Notes: a model not told the origin generated them from the letters alone. Shown: positions 9,023 to 19,525, numbered from the stretch's first letter. The stretch: DNA of 64,000 nt from an uncultured Gammaproteobacteria bacterium (GCA_964540825.1 CAZINT010000001.1:69315-133314), one strand, 5' to 3'. Numbers and translations are program-made.

Positions 9023-9875
9023 TGACCAGGCGATCAAACCCAGCTAAATCTTTGCGAAGCTCGATACTTGCCGTCGGCAAGTATTTTTTTATGAGCAAGC
9101 CTATACCACTCTGTTGACTTGGGTCAATTTCGAAATACACAACGAGTTTATTTTTATAGTAGGGGAGTAAGTTCCTGCTTATTTGCTCGAGTAATTGTCG
9201 GTACAAGGCTAAGCCGTTTTCAGCTGCGACCAAAGCTGATTTTGGCTCGCGTTGAATGCTTTTTTCCGCTTCAAATTGGCCAATAGTAAGGTACGGGAGG
9301 TTGGCCGTGATGACTATGGCAGATTCATTCAGGACTGCTTGATTTGGCTGATGATTAAAAAATGGTGCCAATAAGTTTCCTTTTAGAAGTGTAAGTTTTG
9401 TTTGGTGAAGTTGGCTGTTTTTTTGAGCAATTTTAAGAGCGCCTGAAGCAATGTCGGTAGCTAAAGCAATAATTTTTTGATGAGAGCATTTTTTAAGGAT
9501 GCTAATCGGTATACAGCCCGTGCCCGTGCCGATATCAATAAGTATGATGGTAGTCTGCTGTAAACTGCTTATGTATTCGCACGCAGCTTCAACCAGTATT
9601 TCAGTATCAGGACGGGGGATAAGGGTATGTGTAGTGACGTAAAAATCAAGACCGCAAAACTCTTTAGATCCGCGCAAAACAGCGACGGAGTAACCGCGCC
9701 GATACATCCAAAGAAAATAAAAAAACCGGAGCGTTTCGCTAACTGACAAACTATACTCCGGATGGGTAAAAATATATTCTTTTGTTTTTTTGAGTGCGAG
9801 TGACAGGAGGGCTTCAAAATCCTGATGCGGAATAAGCGAGTAGTACTTTTTTTCGAGCGCCTTGATACTGACCAT
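8997..9875 (-). CDS. prmC: Release factor glutamine methyltransferase
   Basis: LIPRPDTE, DIGTGTGCI, ANLPY variant of NPPY; directly follows prfA. Confidence 0.9.
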   Translation of the reverse strand: MVSIKALEKKYYSLIPHQDFEALLSLALKKTKEYIFTHPEYSLSVSETLRFFYFLWMYRRGYSVAVLRGSKEFCGLDFYVTTHTLIPRPDTEILVEAACEYISSLQQTTIILIDIGTGTGCIPISILKKCSHQKIIALATDIASGALKIAQKNSQLHQTKLTLLKGNLLAPFFNHQPNQAVLNESAIVITANLPYLTIGQFEAEKSIQREPKSALVAAENGLALYRQLLEQISRNLLPYYKNKLVVYFEIDPSQQSGIGLLIKKYLPTASIELRKDLAGFDRLVIMSLSTRL

Positions 9876-9879
9876 ATTT

Positions 9880-10935
9880 TTAGGCGTCAAGCGCTTGGTC
9901 AGCTTCTTTGACCGCTGCAATAATAGGTTCTAAATGACCTTCGAGAATTGTGCTGATATTATTCCAGTTTTGGTGAATGCGGTGGTCGCTAATGCGATCC
10001 TGGGGGAAATTATAGGTACGAATTTTTTCACTGCGATCGCCGGTACCGATTTGACTGCGGCGTTTTTCAGATAATTCCGCTTCACGTTTTTCGCGTTCAA
10101 GTTCAAACAAGCGTGAGCGAAGCACCGCCATAGCTTTTTCGCGATTGGCAGTTTGCGAGCGTTCGTCTTGGCACTGCACCATCGTGCCGGTCGGAATGTG
10201 AACGATACGAACAGCCGAATAGGTGGTGTTAACACTCTGCCCGCCAGCACCGCCTGAACAAAACGTATCGATGCGTAAATCTTTGGCTTCGATTTTCATT
10301 TCCGTTTCTTCAATTTCGGGGAGGACTGCTACCGTAACGGTGGAGGTGTGAATACGCCCTGATTTTTCCGTATCCGGGACGCGCTGCACCCGGTGTACGC
10401 CCATTTCGTACTTCAGGTCGGCATAGACATTGTGCCCGGTAACGGAAAAAATAACTTCTTTGTAGCCGCCAATGCCAATTTTATTGCTATCAAGCAAGGT
10501 GGTTTTCCAGCCCTGGTTTTCAGCGTAGCGCTGGTACATGCGGGCAAGCTCAGCAGCAAAGAGTGCTGATTCGTCGCCGCCAACACCCGCCCGGATTTCG
10601 ACAATGACATTTTTTTTGTCGAGCGGGTCACGAACGCGCGTGAGTTCCACTAGTTCATTTTCCAAGGTTTGTTTTTTTGTCTGGAGTTCAGAGAGTTCGA
10701 TTTCAGCCAGGGCGCGCATTTCGCTGTCAGCTTCTGCATTTACCATTAAATCAGTTTCGGCAATTCCTTTTTCAACAGCTTCAAGCTCTTTAATTTTTTC
10801 CGCTACAATTTTGCCGTCACTATATTCCTGCGAAATTGTTTTTAATTTTTGAGTATTACCAATAACGGCCGGGTCCTGGAGGCTGGCTTCGAGTTCTCTA
10901 AAATGTTCAATAAATTGTTGATATTTGGGCAGCAT
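9880..10935 (-). CDS. prfA: Peptide chain release factor 1
   Basis: GAGGQSVN (GGQ) and the RF1 PxT motif (VPDTE). Confidence 0.96.
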   Translation of the reverse strand: MLPKYQQFIEHFRELEASLQDPAVIGNTQKLKTISQEYSDGKIVAEKIKELEAVEKGIAETDLMVNAEADSEMRALAEIELSELQTKKQTLENELVELTRVRDPLDKKNVIVEIRAGVGGDESALFAAELARMYQRYAENQGWKTTLLDSNKIGIGGYKEVIFSVTGHNVYADLKYEMGVHRVQRVPDTEKSGRIHTSTVTVAVLPEIEETEMKIEAKDLRIDTFCSGGAGGQSVNTTYSAVRIVHIPTGTMVQCQDERSQTANREKAMAVLRSRLFELEREKREAELSEKRRSQIGTGDRSEKIRTYNFPQDRISDHRIHQNWNNISTILEGHLEPIIAAVKEADQALDA

Positions 10936-11015
10936 ATGCTCGTTCTAAAAACTTCTGCTAAGAAAAAACAGACCAACCTAAAGAGAGTATAGTCTGTTTT
11001 TGGAAATTATAAAAG

Positions 11016-11318
11016 CTACTTGGCCTCTTTGCCTTCGGCTTCAGCTTTGGCTTTTTTCTTGGCAGCAGTGGCAGCCTTTTTGACTTTCTTGCCTTTGCGG
11101 GTAGCTGCGGCAGCTGAGATTTTTTCAGCGCGTTCCTGGAATTTCTCAACACGGCGAGCCGTATCAACAAATTTTTGTTTACCAGTGTAGAAAGGGTGGC
11201 AGGCACTGCAGAGTTCCACGCGAATTTCTTTCATGGTACTGCCTGTAACAAAGGTGTTTCCGCAAGCGCAGGTAACGACCGCGTCTACATGATATTCTGG
11301 ATGAATGTCCTTTTTCAT
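11016..11318 (-). CDS. rpmE: 50S ribosomal protein L31 (Zn-binding type) with Lys/Ala tail
   Basis: [25 protein letters not shown]. Confidence 0.95.
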   Translation of the reverse strand: MKKDIHPEYHVDAVVTCACGNTFVTGSTMKEIRVELCSACHPFYTGKQKFVDTARRVEKFQERAEKISAAAATRKGKKVKKAATAAKKKAKAEAEGKEAK

Positions 11319-11494
11319 ACTCTTTGGTGCTTAAAATGCAGGTTAAATGTGCGCTTAGTATAGCATGGGGGTGAAAGATTGTCAATAATAACCGGGCTAT
11401 AGGCACTGTATTGCCAAAAAGTCATTGTTTAGTGTATACTGAGGGTAATTAAACGCTTATAAAGCGATCCCGATAGGGAATAAAGCGGTTAGGT

Positions 11495-12247
11495 ATGGAT
11501 GGTTTGCAGCCTCAAAGAGCTTGGTATAAACGATGGTGGGGAATACTACTCATCATTTTTTTGGTTATCGTGTTTATTATTATCGGTTTTGTCGCTGCAG
11601 TTACCTTTAGCTATTGGCGCCAAATTAAAAATGGCGGCGGAGCGCTGCTCGAGCAGGAAGTGTATAGCGGCTTTACAAAGGCTACTGATACATCGGCCTT
11701 TGGGTCAATCACTGCCCCGAGTCGTTCCGAGCTTGAGCGCTCGGACAGCCCGTATCTCGGGAACGCCGCTGCGCCGATTGTTATCGTTGAGTTTCTTGAT
11801 TTTCGTTGTCCGAACTGCGATACTGCGGCCCCGATTATGCGCCGGGTACTTGAAAAATATGGAAGCAAGATAAAGTATATTGCGCGCCATTTCCCTGTTG
11901 AATCAACACACCCTGGGGCATCACGGTATGCCGAGGTGGGGTGGTGTGCACAGCAGCAAGGACGATTTTGGCCCGTACTCAATTATTTTTTCGATCATCA
12001 GACCGATTTGTCTGACGTGTTGTCGCAATCTGAATTGGTCGCGGTAGCTGCGGCAACCCAACTTGATGTTGGAACGCTTACAGCTTGTCTGACAGGTTCA
12101 TCTGCTGCTAAGACTGCCGTGAATCGAGACTATGTTGATGGGGCAAAATTTGGCGTACGCGGCACGCCTACATTTTTTATTAACGGTGAAAAAGTAGAGG
12201 GTGTTATCCCGGAAGCAGTCTGGGAATCGTTCCTTAAACAACAATAA
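11495..12247 (+). CDS. DsbA-family thiol-disulfide oxidoreductase
   Basis: EFLDFRCPNC (CxxC), GVRGTPTFFING; N-terminal TM. Confidence 0.88.
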   Translation: MDGLQPQRAWYKRWWGILLIIFLVIVFIIIGFVAAVTFSYWRQIKNGGGALLEQEVYSGFTKATDTSAFGSITAPSRSELERSDSPYLGNAAAPIVIVEFLDFRCPNCDTAAPIMRRVLEKYGSKIKYIARHFPVESTHPGASRYAEVGWCAQQQGRFWPVLNYFFDHQTDLSDVLSQSELVAVAAATQLDVGTLTACLTGSSAAKTAVNRDYVDGAKFGVRGTPTFFINGEKVEGVIPEAVWESFLKQQ

Positions 12248-12254
12248 ATTTCGT

Positions 12255-13658
12255 ATGTTTAAAAAAATCTACCTGATCGTTGTCTTCGGTACACTTTTGC
12301 TTTTGGGGCAGACTGCGCTTGCCCAGAGTGAGTCAAGTATTCCGGAACTCAATTCCTTATGCTGGCATAAGGCAGATTGTGTTGAGCAGCGTAAAGTGCT
12401 TGACCCGCTAGCCTCTCCGCAAGAATTAGAAAGAGGCTGGATTTCGCCGGAGGGTGATTGTAAAGGCGAGGATTGGGGTAAGTGTTTGCCTGCCGGGCAG
12501 ACGGAAACGAGTATTTCGTTTGGAGGCCGCAAACAGTTTTTGCATATCGGAGATTTTCTTGGAACAATGTATACCTATGCGATTGGCATTGCGGCTATTG
12601 TGGCGGTGCTTATGATTATTGTTTCGGGTTTTCAGTGGGCGCTTTCAGGCGGAAACAGTGAAACAATTTCTACGTCAAAATCACATATTGTTGGAGCTGT
12701 GATCGGGCTTTTAATTGTGTATTTATCATATTTTATTTTAAACACCCTTAATCCAACTCTGGTTAGTTTTCGTCTGCCGAGTGTCTGGATGGTTAAACCG
12801 CAAACCTCTATTCCGGCTTTTTGTTCGCAGCTGCCCGCTAGTACAAAATTTTCGTATGCTGCTGAATTTAAAGACCAAACCTCAGTGGTTAAACCGACAG
12901 ACAAAACCGTGTACGATATGTCACTTCAGGATACAAGTACCTCAAACCTGGAAAAATTTTATTGCGGCCATCGTTTTTTTGTTCAAAATGGCGGTAGTAA
13001 CACGTGCTTTGGCGACTACTGCCCGTCAGTAAACGGCAAAAGCGCATTTTGTATCTTTGATGGTGCTACTCAAAAATACGGCTGCCATGAAGGGAACATT
13101 TTTATCAATACAACGCATAATTCGCTTGTGAAAGATCTGTTCCCAGATTGGGCAACACGTGAATGGAATGACCCTTCGGTAAACACTATCCTTGATTTAG
13201 ATGCCCTTTGTTCGCCAACAACGGATTTTACATTGGGTATATCAAATTCAACCGTACAGTCTTTTGACGTAAAGCCCAGTAGTTACGCTGAAAATAAAAA
13301 GCAGAATATTGCTCTATCGATAGATCCTCAGAAAATTGATGAAGCAACACAGCGGTGTACGGGTAGCGGTGGTACGCTTAAGGGCTTTGTGCTTTCGTTT
13401 GACATGAACCAAAGCTATAACACGTCTAATCAGCGGCATTTTATTGGCACAAACGGTGAAGATTTAGGTGATGATTCGTTTTTCACTAAGCGATGGAATC
13501 AGATTCCGGTAAGTTATTTTTTTACGGGCGATCAGCTGAAGAAAAAGGTAATGTTAAATATTGAAGTGTCAAAAATAAAAGATATTTCTAATCTGTTTGG
13601 CAGAAGCAGTGTTGAAGATCAAAAAACATATTTTGAAAAATTTGGTATTTCACAATAG
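12255..13658 (+). CDS. Secreted/membrane protein with a CPR pilin-like (TrbC/VirB2-like) two-TM core and Cys-rich domains
   Basis: Signal peptide; AIGIAAIVAVLMIIVSGFQWALSGG...AVIGLLIVYLSYFILNTLNP core; 12 Cys. Confidence 0.65.
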   Translation: MFKKIYLIVVFGTLLLLGQTALAQSESSIPELNSLCWHKADCVEQRKVLDPLASPQELERGWISPEGDCKGEDWGKCLPAGQTETSISFGGRKQFLHIGDFLGTMYTYAIGIAAIVAVLMIIVSGFQWALSGGNSETISTSKSHIVGAVIGLLIVYLSYFILNTLNPTLVSFRLPSVWMVKPQTSIPAFCSQLPASTKFSYAAEFKDQTSVVKPTDKTVYDMSLQDTSTSNLEKFYCGHRFFVQNGGSNTCFGDYCPSVNGKSAFCIFDGATQKYGCHEGNIFINTTHNSLVKDLFPDWATREWNDPSVNTILDLDALCSPTTDFTLGISNSTVQSFDVKPSSYAENKKQNIALSIDPQKIDEATQRCTGSGGTLKGFVLSFDMNQSYNTSNQRHFIGTNGEDLGDDSFFTKRWNQIPVSYFFTGDQLKKKVMLNIEVSKIKDISNLFGRSSVEDQKTYFEKFGISQ

Positions 13659-13667
13659 TTAATCTAT

Positions 13668-16460
13668 ATGTCTGAAAATATTGTCATTAAAGGAGCGAGA
13701 GTTCACAATTTAAAAAATCTGACGATTGAAATTCCTAAGAATAAGCTCGTCGTTGTTACTGGTTTATCCGGCAGTGGAAAATCAAGTTTGGCCTTTGATA
13801 CGGTCTATGCCGAAGGTCAGCGCCGTTACGCCGAAAGTTTGTCGAGCTATGCCCGGCAATTTATGGAAACGCGTGATAAGCCTGACGTTGATTCAATCGA
13901 CGGATTGTCGCCAACTATTGCGATTGATCAGAAAATTTTTACCCAAAATCCCCGCTCCACGGTTGGAACCGTGACGGAAATTTATGATTACCTCCGCCTC
14001 CTGTTTGCGCGCGCTGGTGAACAGTACTGCCCGGACTGTCATATTTTGGTTGAGACGCATACTGCTGGCGAGGTGGTTGAAGCGGTCCGCGATTTGGCGC
14101 GTAAGAAAACGCTTGTTTTAATTTATGCACCCCTCATTCGCAAGGGTCATGTTGATCACAAAGTGCTGCTTGAACAGGTGGAAAAAACTGGGTATGAATG
14201 GCTGAGAATTGATGGCGAAGAAATAAAAATTAATGAGCTCGCTGATTTTGATTTTGACGCCAACAGTAACTACAACGTCGATTTATTGATCGGCAAAATT
14301 ACGGATATTAAAAAACAAGATCCAACCAAGCCGGTAGAAATTGCACTTGACCTGAGTGACGGTTTAGTAAACGTGGTAATTGATGAAAAGACTCAGGTAT
14401 TTTCAACGATTGGTCTGTGCTCAAACTGCGGCCGAACCATGCCAGTTCTTGATATGCGCAGCTTCAGCTTTAATAGTCCTTACGGTGCTTGTCAGCGCTG
14501 CACCGGTCTTGGAATTACGATGGAAGTTGATGCTGGTCTCGTGATACCGAATATGCGTCTTACCTTGGCAGAAGGCGCTATTCAGCCCTGGACACGCATT
14601 ACCGGTAGCCACAATGCCTATCAGAAATTATTGGCATCGGTAGCCGAAAAATATGGTTTTTCACTCAATACTCCAGTTGTCGATCTGCCGGCAAAAATGC
14701 TCAATATTATTTTGTATGGCACGGGTAGCGAAACCTTCCTGTCCGAAGGTAAAAAAATGACTTTTCCCGGGGTTATTCCTGATCTCATGGCCAAGCATTT
14801 AGAGACAACGTCTGAATATGTGCGCAAAGAAATAGAACAATACATGCGCGAAAAAATTTGCAGCGTGTGTCAGGGCAAACGTCTGCGTCCGGAGTCGTTG
14901 TCGGTGAAAATAGGTGAATACACTATTTCCGAGCTTGCTGCGATGAGTATTGAAGAAATGAAAGAGATTTTGCAGGCAAAAGTTAAGACTTCGAAATCGA
15001 AGATCATGCAATTAGTAACCAAAGAGATTGTTCCTCGCCTGACGAATTTAGAGCGTGTCGGTCTTAGTTATCTCAATATGGATCGCGCCATGAATACGTT
15101 GTCGGGCGGTGAAGTCACGCGCGTGCGCCTTGCAACTCAGTTATCAAGCGGGCTCTCAGGGATCATCTATATTCTTGACGAACCGTCGGTTGGTTTGCAT
15201 CCTCGCGATACTAAAAAATTGATTGAAACCCTTAAATATTTGCGTGATCTTGGCAACTCAATTTTGGTTGTCGAGCATGATGCCACTATGATGCATGCAG
15301 CAGACTACCTGATTGATATTGGCCCTGGAGCTGGTGTATACGGCGGAGAGCTCATGGCAGCTGGAACATTGCCGGATCTCAAAAAAGCCAAGCAATCACT
15401 CACGGCAGATTATTTGTTTGGACGCACTACAATTGCACGCCGTAAAAAATTACCTAAAAAAGGAGCAGCGGGAACAAAGTCGATTGTAATTACTGGTGCT
15501 CAAGCCCATAACCTCAAAAATGTTGATGTCGAAATTCCGCTGGGTCAGCTGGTTTGTGTAACTGGTGTTTCAGGTTCAGGTAAGTCTACGCTTATTATTG
15601 ATATTTTGAGTAAGGCCTTGGCCAAGCATTTTTATCGCGCCAAAGAAGAGCCGGGCGTTCATAAAGCAATTAAGGGTTTGTCAAATATCGATAAAGTTAT
15701 CGCGATTGATCAGTCGCCAATCGGACGAACGCCGCGTTCAAACCCGGCAACCTATACCGGTGTCTTTAATCTTATTCGTGATTTGTTTGCTGCACTCCCC
15801 GAGGCGCGTATGCGTGGGTACGATGCCGGCAAGTTTAGCTTTAATGTAAAAGGCGGCGGGCGCTGTGAGGCATGCAGCGGCGACGGCTCCATTCGTATTC
15901 CAATGCAATTTTTGGCCGACGTGTTTGTGGAATGTAACGAATGTAACGGCTGGAGATATAATCGCGAAGCCTTGGAGGTGCATTATCACAACAAACATAT
16001 TGCTGACGTTCTGCGTATGACGGTTGAAGAAGCGTATCAGTTCTTTGCGGATGTTGCCCCGATTGCTGAGAAATTAAACGTGCTTCGCGAAGTTGGTCTT
16101 GGCTACGTGCAGCTTGGACAATCCGCCACAACGCTTTCCGGCGGTGAGGCGCAGCGTATTAAATTGTCACTTGAACTTTCTCGCCATTCCACAGGCAAGA
16201 CATTATATATTCTTGACGAACCAACAACCGGTTTACATTTTGAAGATATCAAGCGCCTCCTCCAAGTACTTGATCGTTTGGTAGAAAAGGGAAATAGTGT
16301 TCTTATTATCGAACACAATGTTGAGCTCATCCGTTCGGCCGACTGGGTAATTGATATGGGCCCTGAGGGCGGCGACGGCGGCGGGGAAGTCGTGTGTGTC
16401 GGAACACCGGACGATATCCGTAAATGTAAAAAGAGCTGGACCGGAAAGTATTTGCTCTAA
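13668..16460 (+). CDS. uvrA: Excinuclease ABC subunit A, copy 2 (full length)
   Basis: GARVHNLKN, GLSGSGKSSLAFDT, insertion domain present, second ABC cassette intact. Confidence 0.95.
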   Translation: MSENIVIKGARVHNLKNLTIEIPKNKLVVVTGLSGSGKSSLAFDTVYAEGQRRYAESLSSYARQFMETRDKPDVDSIDGLSPTIAIDQKIFTQNPRSTVGTVTEIYDYLRLLFARAGEQYCPDCHILVETHTAGEVVEAVRDLARKKTLVLIYAPLIRKGHVDHKVLLEQVEKTGYEWLRIDGEEIKINELADFDFDANSNYNVDLLIGKITDIKKQDPTKPVEIALDLSDGLVNVVIDEKTQVFSTIGLCSNCGRTMPVLDMRSFSFNSPYGACQRCTGLGITMEVDAGLVIPNMRLTLAEGAIQPWTRITGSHNAYQKLLASVAEKYGFSLNTPVVDLPAKMLNIILYGTGSETFLSEGKKMTFPGVIPDLMAKHLETTSEYVRKEIEQYMREKICSVCQGKRLRPESLSVKIGEYTISELAAMSIEEMKEILQAKVKTSKSKIMQLVTKEIVPRLTNLERVGLSYLNMDRAMNTLSGGEVTRVRLATQLSSGLSGIIYILDEPSVGLHPRDTKKLIETLKYLRDLGNSILVVEHDATMMHAADYLIDIGPGAGVYGGELMAAGTLPDLKKAKQSLTADYLFGRTTIARRKKLPKKGAAGTKSIVITGAQAHNLKNVDVEIPLGQLVCVTGVSGSGKSTLIIDILSKALAKHFYRAKEEPGVHKAIKGLSNIDKVIAIDQSPIGRTPRSNPATYTGVFNLIRDLFAALPEARMRGYDAGKFSFNVKGGGRCEACSGDGSIRIPMQFLADVFVECNECNGWRYNREALEVHYHNKHIADVLRMTVEEAYQFFADVAPIAEKLNVLREVGLGYVQLGQSATTLSGGEAQRIKLSLELSRHSTGKTLYILDEPTTGLHFEDIKRLLQVLDRLVEKGNSVLIIEHNVELIRSADWVIDMGPEGGDGGGEVVCVGTPDDIRKCKKSWTGKYLL

Positions 16461-16468
16461 ACTAAATA

Positions 16469-16499
16469 AAAAATCTCCCAAATGCTTGGGAGATTTTTT
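16469..16499. terminator. Bidirectional terminator uvrA/rplS
   Basis: AAAAATCTCCCAA-ATGC-TTGGGAGATTTTTT. Confidence 0.8.
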
Positions 16500-16506
16500 A
16501 TTTTTC

Positions 16507-16863
16507 TTATTTTGCAGTAGTTGGAGCTTTCTTTTCAACCATCTTGCGTTTGAAGTCTTTGTCGCGCAGGAAGTTAAGTTTAGCGCGGCGAACTTCGAAC
16601 TGGCGAACAATTTCGATCTTGGCAATCACTGGGGAGAGGATTGGGTAGATCTTTTCTACACCAATGCCTTCAGAGACTTTGCGAACGGTGATCGTGGCGC
16701 CAGCTTCATTGCCGTGTTTCACGGAGATAATGGTGCCTTCGTAGATTTGAATACGTTCCTTTTCTTCACCTTTAGTGTTGGTTTCTTTAATTTTTTGATG
16801 AACTTTGACGACCATGCCCGGTTTATACTGGACTGGAGCGTTTGCTTGCATTTCTTCGGCCAT
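16507..16863 (-). CDS. rplS: 50S ribosomal protein L19
   Basis: [33 protein letters not shown]. Confidence 0.95.
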   Translation of the reverse strand: MAEEMQANAPVQYKPGMVVKVHQKIKETNTKGEEKERIQIYEGTIISVKHGNEAGATITVRKVSEGIGVEKIYPILSPVIAKIEIVRQFEVRRAKLNFLRDKDFKRKMVEKKAPTTAK

Positions 16864-16954
16864 ACAAATCTTGGGTTAAAATGTGATTTCGAGTGTCCAG
16901 CGGAAGGGCCGGGGCCAGCTCTGAAGTAAATAAGGTAGGCCTATTTTAGCTAAA

Positions 16955-17542
16955 TTAGGCTTTTTTGTCAATACCCGAGGTCGTAGCTATGGCTGGCTCA
17001 ATTATTTTGGCTATTTTCTCAATAGTTTCCGAAAGCTTACCTTCTTTATTAATGATCTGATTTTGGAACATTTCACGCTTGCCAAGCTCAAATTCAGCCG
17101 ATTTAAGCCGAGTTTGGAAGTCTCCTTCGGACATTTCGCCGCGGTTTTTGATATGGTCAACCATCTGTTCTTGAGATTCGGGCACCAAAAAGATGGTTAG
17201 GCAATTCCCCGGAAAGGTTTTCATCAGCTGTTCAGCGCCTTGCACATCAATATTAAAAAGTACCGGATTAGTCTGTAAAATTTCAACTGTTTCGTCTTTT
17301 GCGGTACCGTAATAATCACCATGCACTTTAGCCCATTCCAAGAAACCGTTGGCTTCTTTTTTTTGCGTAAACTCTTCAACTGTAACGTAGTACATTTTTT
17401 TATCTTCCGTTGAAAGCGTGCGCGGCTTGCGGGTTGTGTAGGTTACACTCGAGCGCAGCTCGGGGTACATTTTGAAAAGGGCTTTGGCAACTGTTGTTTT
17501 GCCAACGCCGGCAGGGCCGCTAATGATGATAAGAGGGTGCAT
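16955..17542 (-). CDS. gmk: Guanylate kinase
   Basis: SGPAGVGKTT, TYTTRKPR, FLEWAKVHGDYYGT, IDVQG. Confidence 0.92.
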   Translation of the reverse strand: MHPLIIISGPAGVGKTTVAKALFKMYPELRSSVTYTTRKPRTLSTEDKKMYYVTVEEFTQKKEANGFLEWAKVHGDYYGTAKDETVEILQTNPVLFNIDVQGAEQLMKTFPGNCLTIFLVPESQEQMVDHIKNRGEMSEGDFQTRLKSAEFELGKREMFQNQIINKEGKLSETIEKIAKIIEPAIATTSGIDKKA

Positions 17543-17558
17543 AAAAAAGTACAATTTG

Positions 17559-18533
17559 TTATTTTATTTTTTTCAAAAAGTCAGATAATTGTGGGGGTAG
17601 CGGTGACTCGAACACTTGATAGTTTCCTTCGAGATCAACGAAGCCTAATTTAGTAGAATGTAAAAACAGGCGCCCGAGCTCATCGTCCCAGCGGTGTTTA
17701 CGTTTTTTTTGAAAGTAGAGTGGGTCGCCGACAACGGGGTGATTATACGCCAGCATGTGCGCTCGAATCTGGTGCATGCGGCCGGTATGAATTTTGACTT
17801 TGAGAAGTCCAAAATTAACAAAACGTTTTTCAATCAAGAATTCAGTTTTGGCTTCTTTGCCTACGGCGTTAACTTTGCCGCGCATCATTTCGGGGTGCGC
17901 CGCCATGCGGTCATTATTTTGCGAGCGAGAAAGCGGAAAATTAATTTCGTCCCAATCCTTGGCTACTTTGCCGTGTACGAGCACGGAGTACTCCTTTTCA
18001 ATCGTGCGTTTTTTAAATTGCGCTTTGAGGTGGTCAAACATTTTCTGCGTGCGCGCGACAACAAGGAGGCCTGAAGCATCTTTATCGAGACGATGCACGA
18101 TACCGGGGCGTTTTGGATCGTCACCAACTTTTTTAATTTCCGGATATTTTTTACTTAAAATCGAAGCAACCGAATTTTTTTCCTGAGCCTGAGTAACGTG
18201 GGTAAGAAGCCCGGTTGGTTTATTAACAACAATATAATCAGGCGTTTCAGCAATTATTTCTAATTTTGGCTCAGTTTTGGAAACCGCTTTCTTTTGAGTC
18301 GGTGTAGGGGTTGCCGGGGCCGCGACAGGTTCAATGAAAGTTATTTTTGCTCCGGCCGATACCAAATCACCAGCCTTGCGGGGCAGTTTACCGTTTACCT
18401 GAACACATTCTTCCTCTATCATTTTTTGTACTTGTGAGCGGCTAATATTAAGCTTTTCGGCTAAAAAAACATCCAGCCGCCGAGCGGCTGTTTCAGGGGT
18501 GATGATAATTGTATCAGGAGTTTTTTTAACCAT
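17559..18533 (-). CDS. rluD: RluA/RluD-family 23S pseudouridine synthase with S4 domain
   Basis: RLDVFLA S4 domain, GIVHRLDKDASG, TGRMHQIRAH. Confidence 0.88.
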   Translation of the reverse strand: MVKKTPDTIIITPETAARRLDVFLAEKLNISRSQVQKMIEEECVQVNGKLPRKAGDLVSAGAKITFIEPVAAPATPTPTQKKAVSKTEPKLEIIAETPDYIVVNKPTGLLTHVTQAQEKNSVASILSKKYPEIKKVGDDPKRPGIVHRLDKDASGLLVVARTQKMFDHLKAQFKKRTIEKEYSVLVHGKVAKDWDEINFPLSRSQNNDRMAAHPEMMRGKVNAVGKEAKTEFLIEKRFVNFGLLKVKIHTGRMHQIRAHMLAYNHPVVGDPLYFQKKRKHRWDDELGRLFLHSTKLGFVDLEGNYQVFESPLPPQLSDFLKKIK

Positions 18534-18721
18534 ACATGTGTACGTGCACGTTAGCATAGCTCATTCAAGCCAAAAATACAAGTTGTGAAGCCTCTTGACA
18601 CTGCTTTTAAAAGGCTCGTTTAAAAGCGTAAAAAATGCTATACTTAAACTAATTTTAGAGTATTTGTGCCTGAATGCATCTCTCTTTGATTCAGGCACTG
18701 CAAAGAGAGGGGGTGATTTCT

Positions 18722-18961
18722 GTGGGTAGCAAAAAAGCACTTCATATGATCACGTTTCTTTTACTGGTGATCGGTGGTTTAAATTGGTTATTAGTAGGTT
18801 TATTTAGTTGGGATGTCGGCATGCTCTTTGGCGGCATGGGCGCAACAATTTCGCGAATTATCTACGTTTTAGTTGGTTTGTCCGCCATTTACGTTTTAGC
18901 AACGCATAAGGGCGATTGCAAAATGTGTGGCAACAGTATGGGGATGAAGTCTCCAATGTAG
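18722..18961 (+). CDS. DUF378 small membrane protein
   Basis: LLVIGGLNWLLVGLF...IIYVLVGLSA; GAGGGGGTGA SD before the GTG. Confidence 0.85.
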   Translation: MGSKKALHMITFLLLVIGGLNWLLVGLFSWDVGMLFGGMGATISRIIYVLVGLSAIYVLATHKGDCKMCGNSMGMKSPM

Positions 18962-19017
18962 TCTATAGTTTTACAAAAATAAAAATCCGCCAATGGGGCG
19001 GGTTTTTATTTTTAAAA

Positions 19018-19305
19018 TTATTTAAGGAGCGGCATAATTGGTCTGGTGCCACCCGACGGTTTAATTGGCCCGCCAATTCCACCTTTTTTGAGTGTTTGAG
19101 CAATGCTCCCAACGGCGTGGCTGCCAGCGCCTTCGCTCGATCCGTGCATGCTAGTCGAATCGCCGACTTGGTAAATGTGGGATGACTCGTGCATTTGGCT
19201 GATGCTGGTTAGGCCTTTTGGGGTGCTTGGTGTGCTCGGTCGTCCAAGGCTGCCGCCGATGCCGACGGTGTTAGTGGGACGTCGAAGTGGGGGAGTAATT
19301 GCCAT
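19018..19305 (-). CDS. Low-complexity Gly/Ser/Pro-rich hypothetical protein
   Basis: 95-aa ORF right after tRNA-Ile, ending at a terminator shared with DUF378. Confidence 0.55.
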   Translation of the reverse strand: MAITPPLRRPTNTVGIGGSLGRPSTPSTPKGLTSISQMHESSHIYQVGDSTSMHGSSEGAGSHAVGSIAQTLKKGGIGGPIKPSGGTRPIMPLLK

Positions 19306-19331
19306 ATACTCTAGGTTATGGATAAAAAATG

Positions 19332-19404
19332 TGCGCCCAGATGGAATTGAACCATCGACATCCACCTTATAAGGGTGGCGCTCTAACCCCTGAGCTATGG
19401 GCGC
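19332..19404 (-). tRNA. tRNA-Ile (anticodon UAU), CCA not encoded
   Basis: GCGCCCA/TGGGCGC acceptor, D arm TAGCTCAGGGGTTAGAGC, anticodon arm CCACC-CTTATAA-GGTGG, T arm GATGG-TTCAATT-CCATC. Confidence 0.93.
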
Positions 19405-19525
19405 GTTGTAACAGGCCTTACACGTAGTGCGCAAAAGTGCCGTTAGTATACCAGGTACTTAATCTTTTTCAAGCAGGTTGGCGGGTTGCTAAACACACGT
19501 AAAATTGGTACTATAAAGAGTGATT

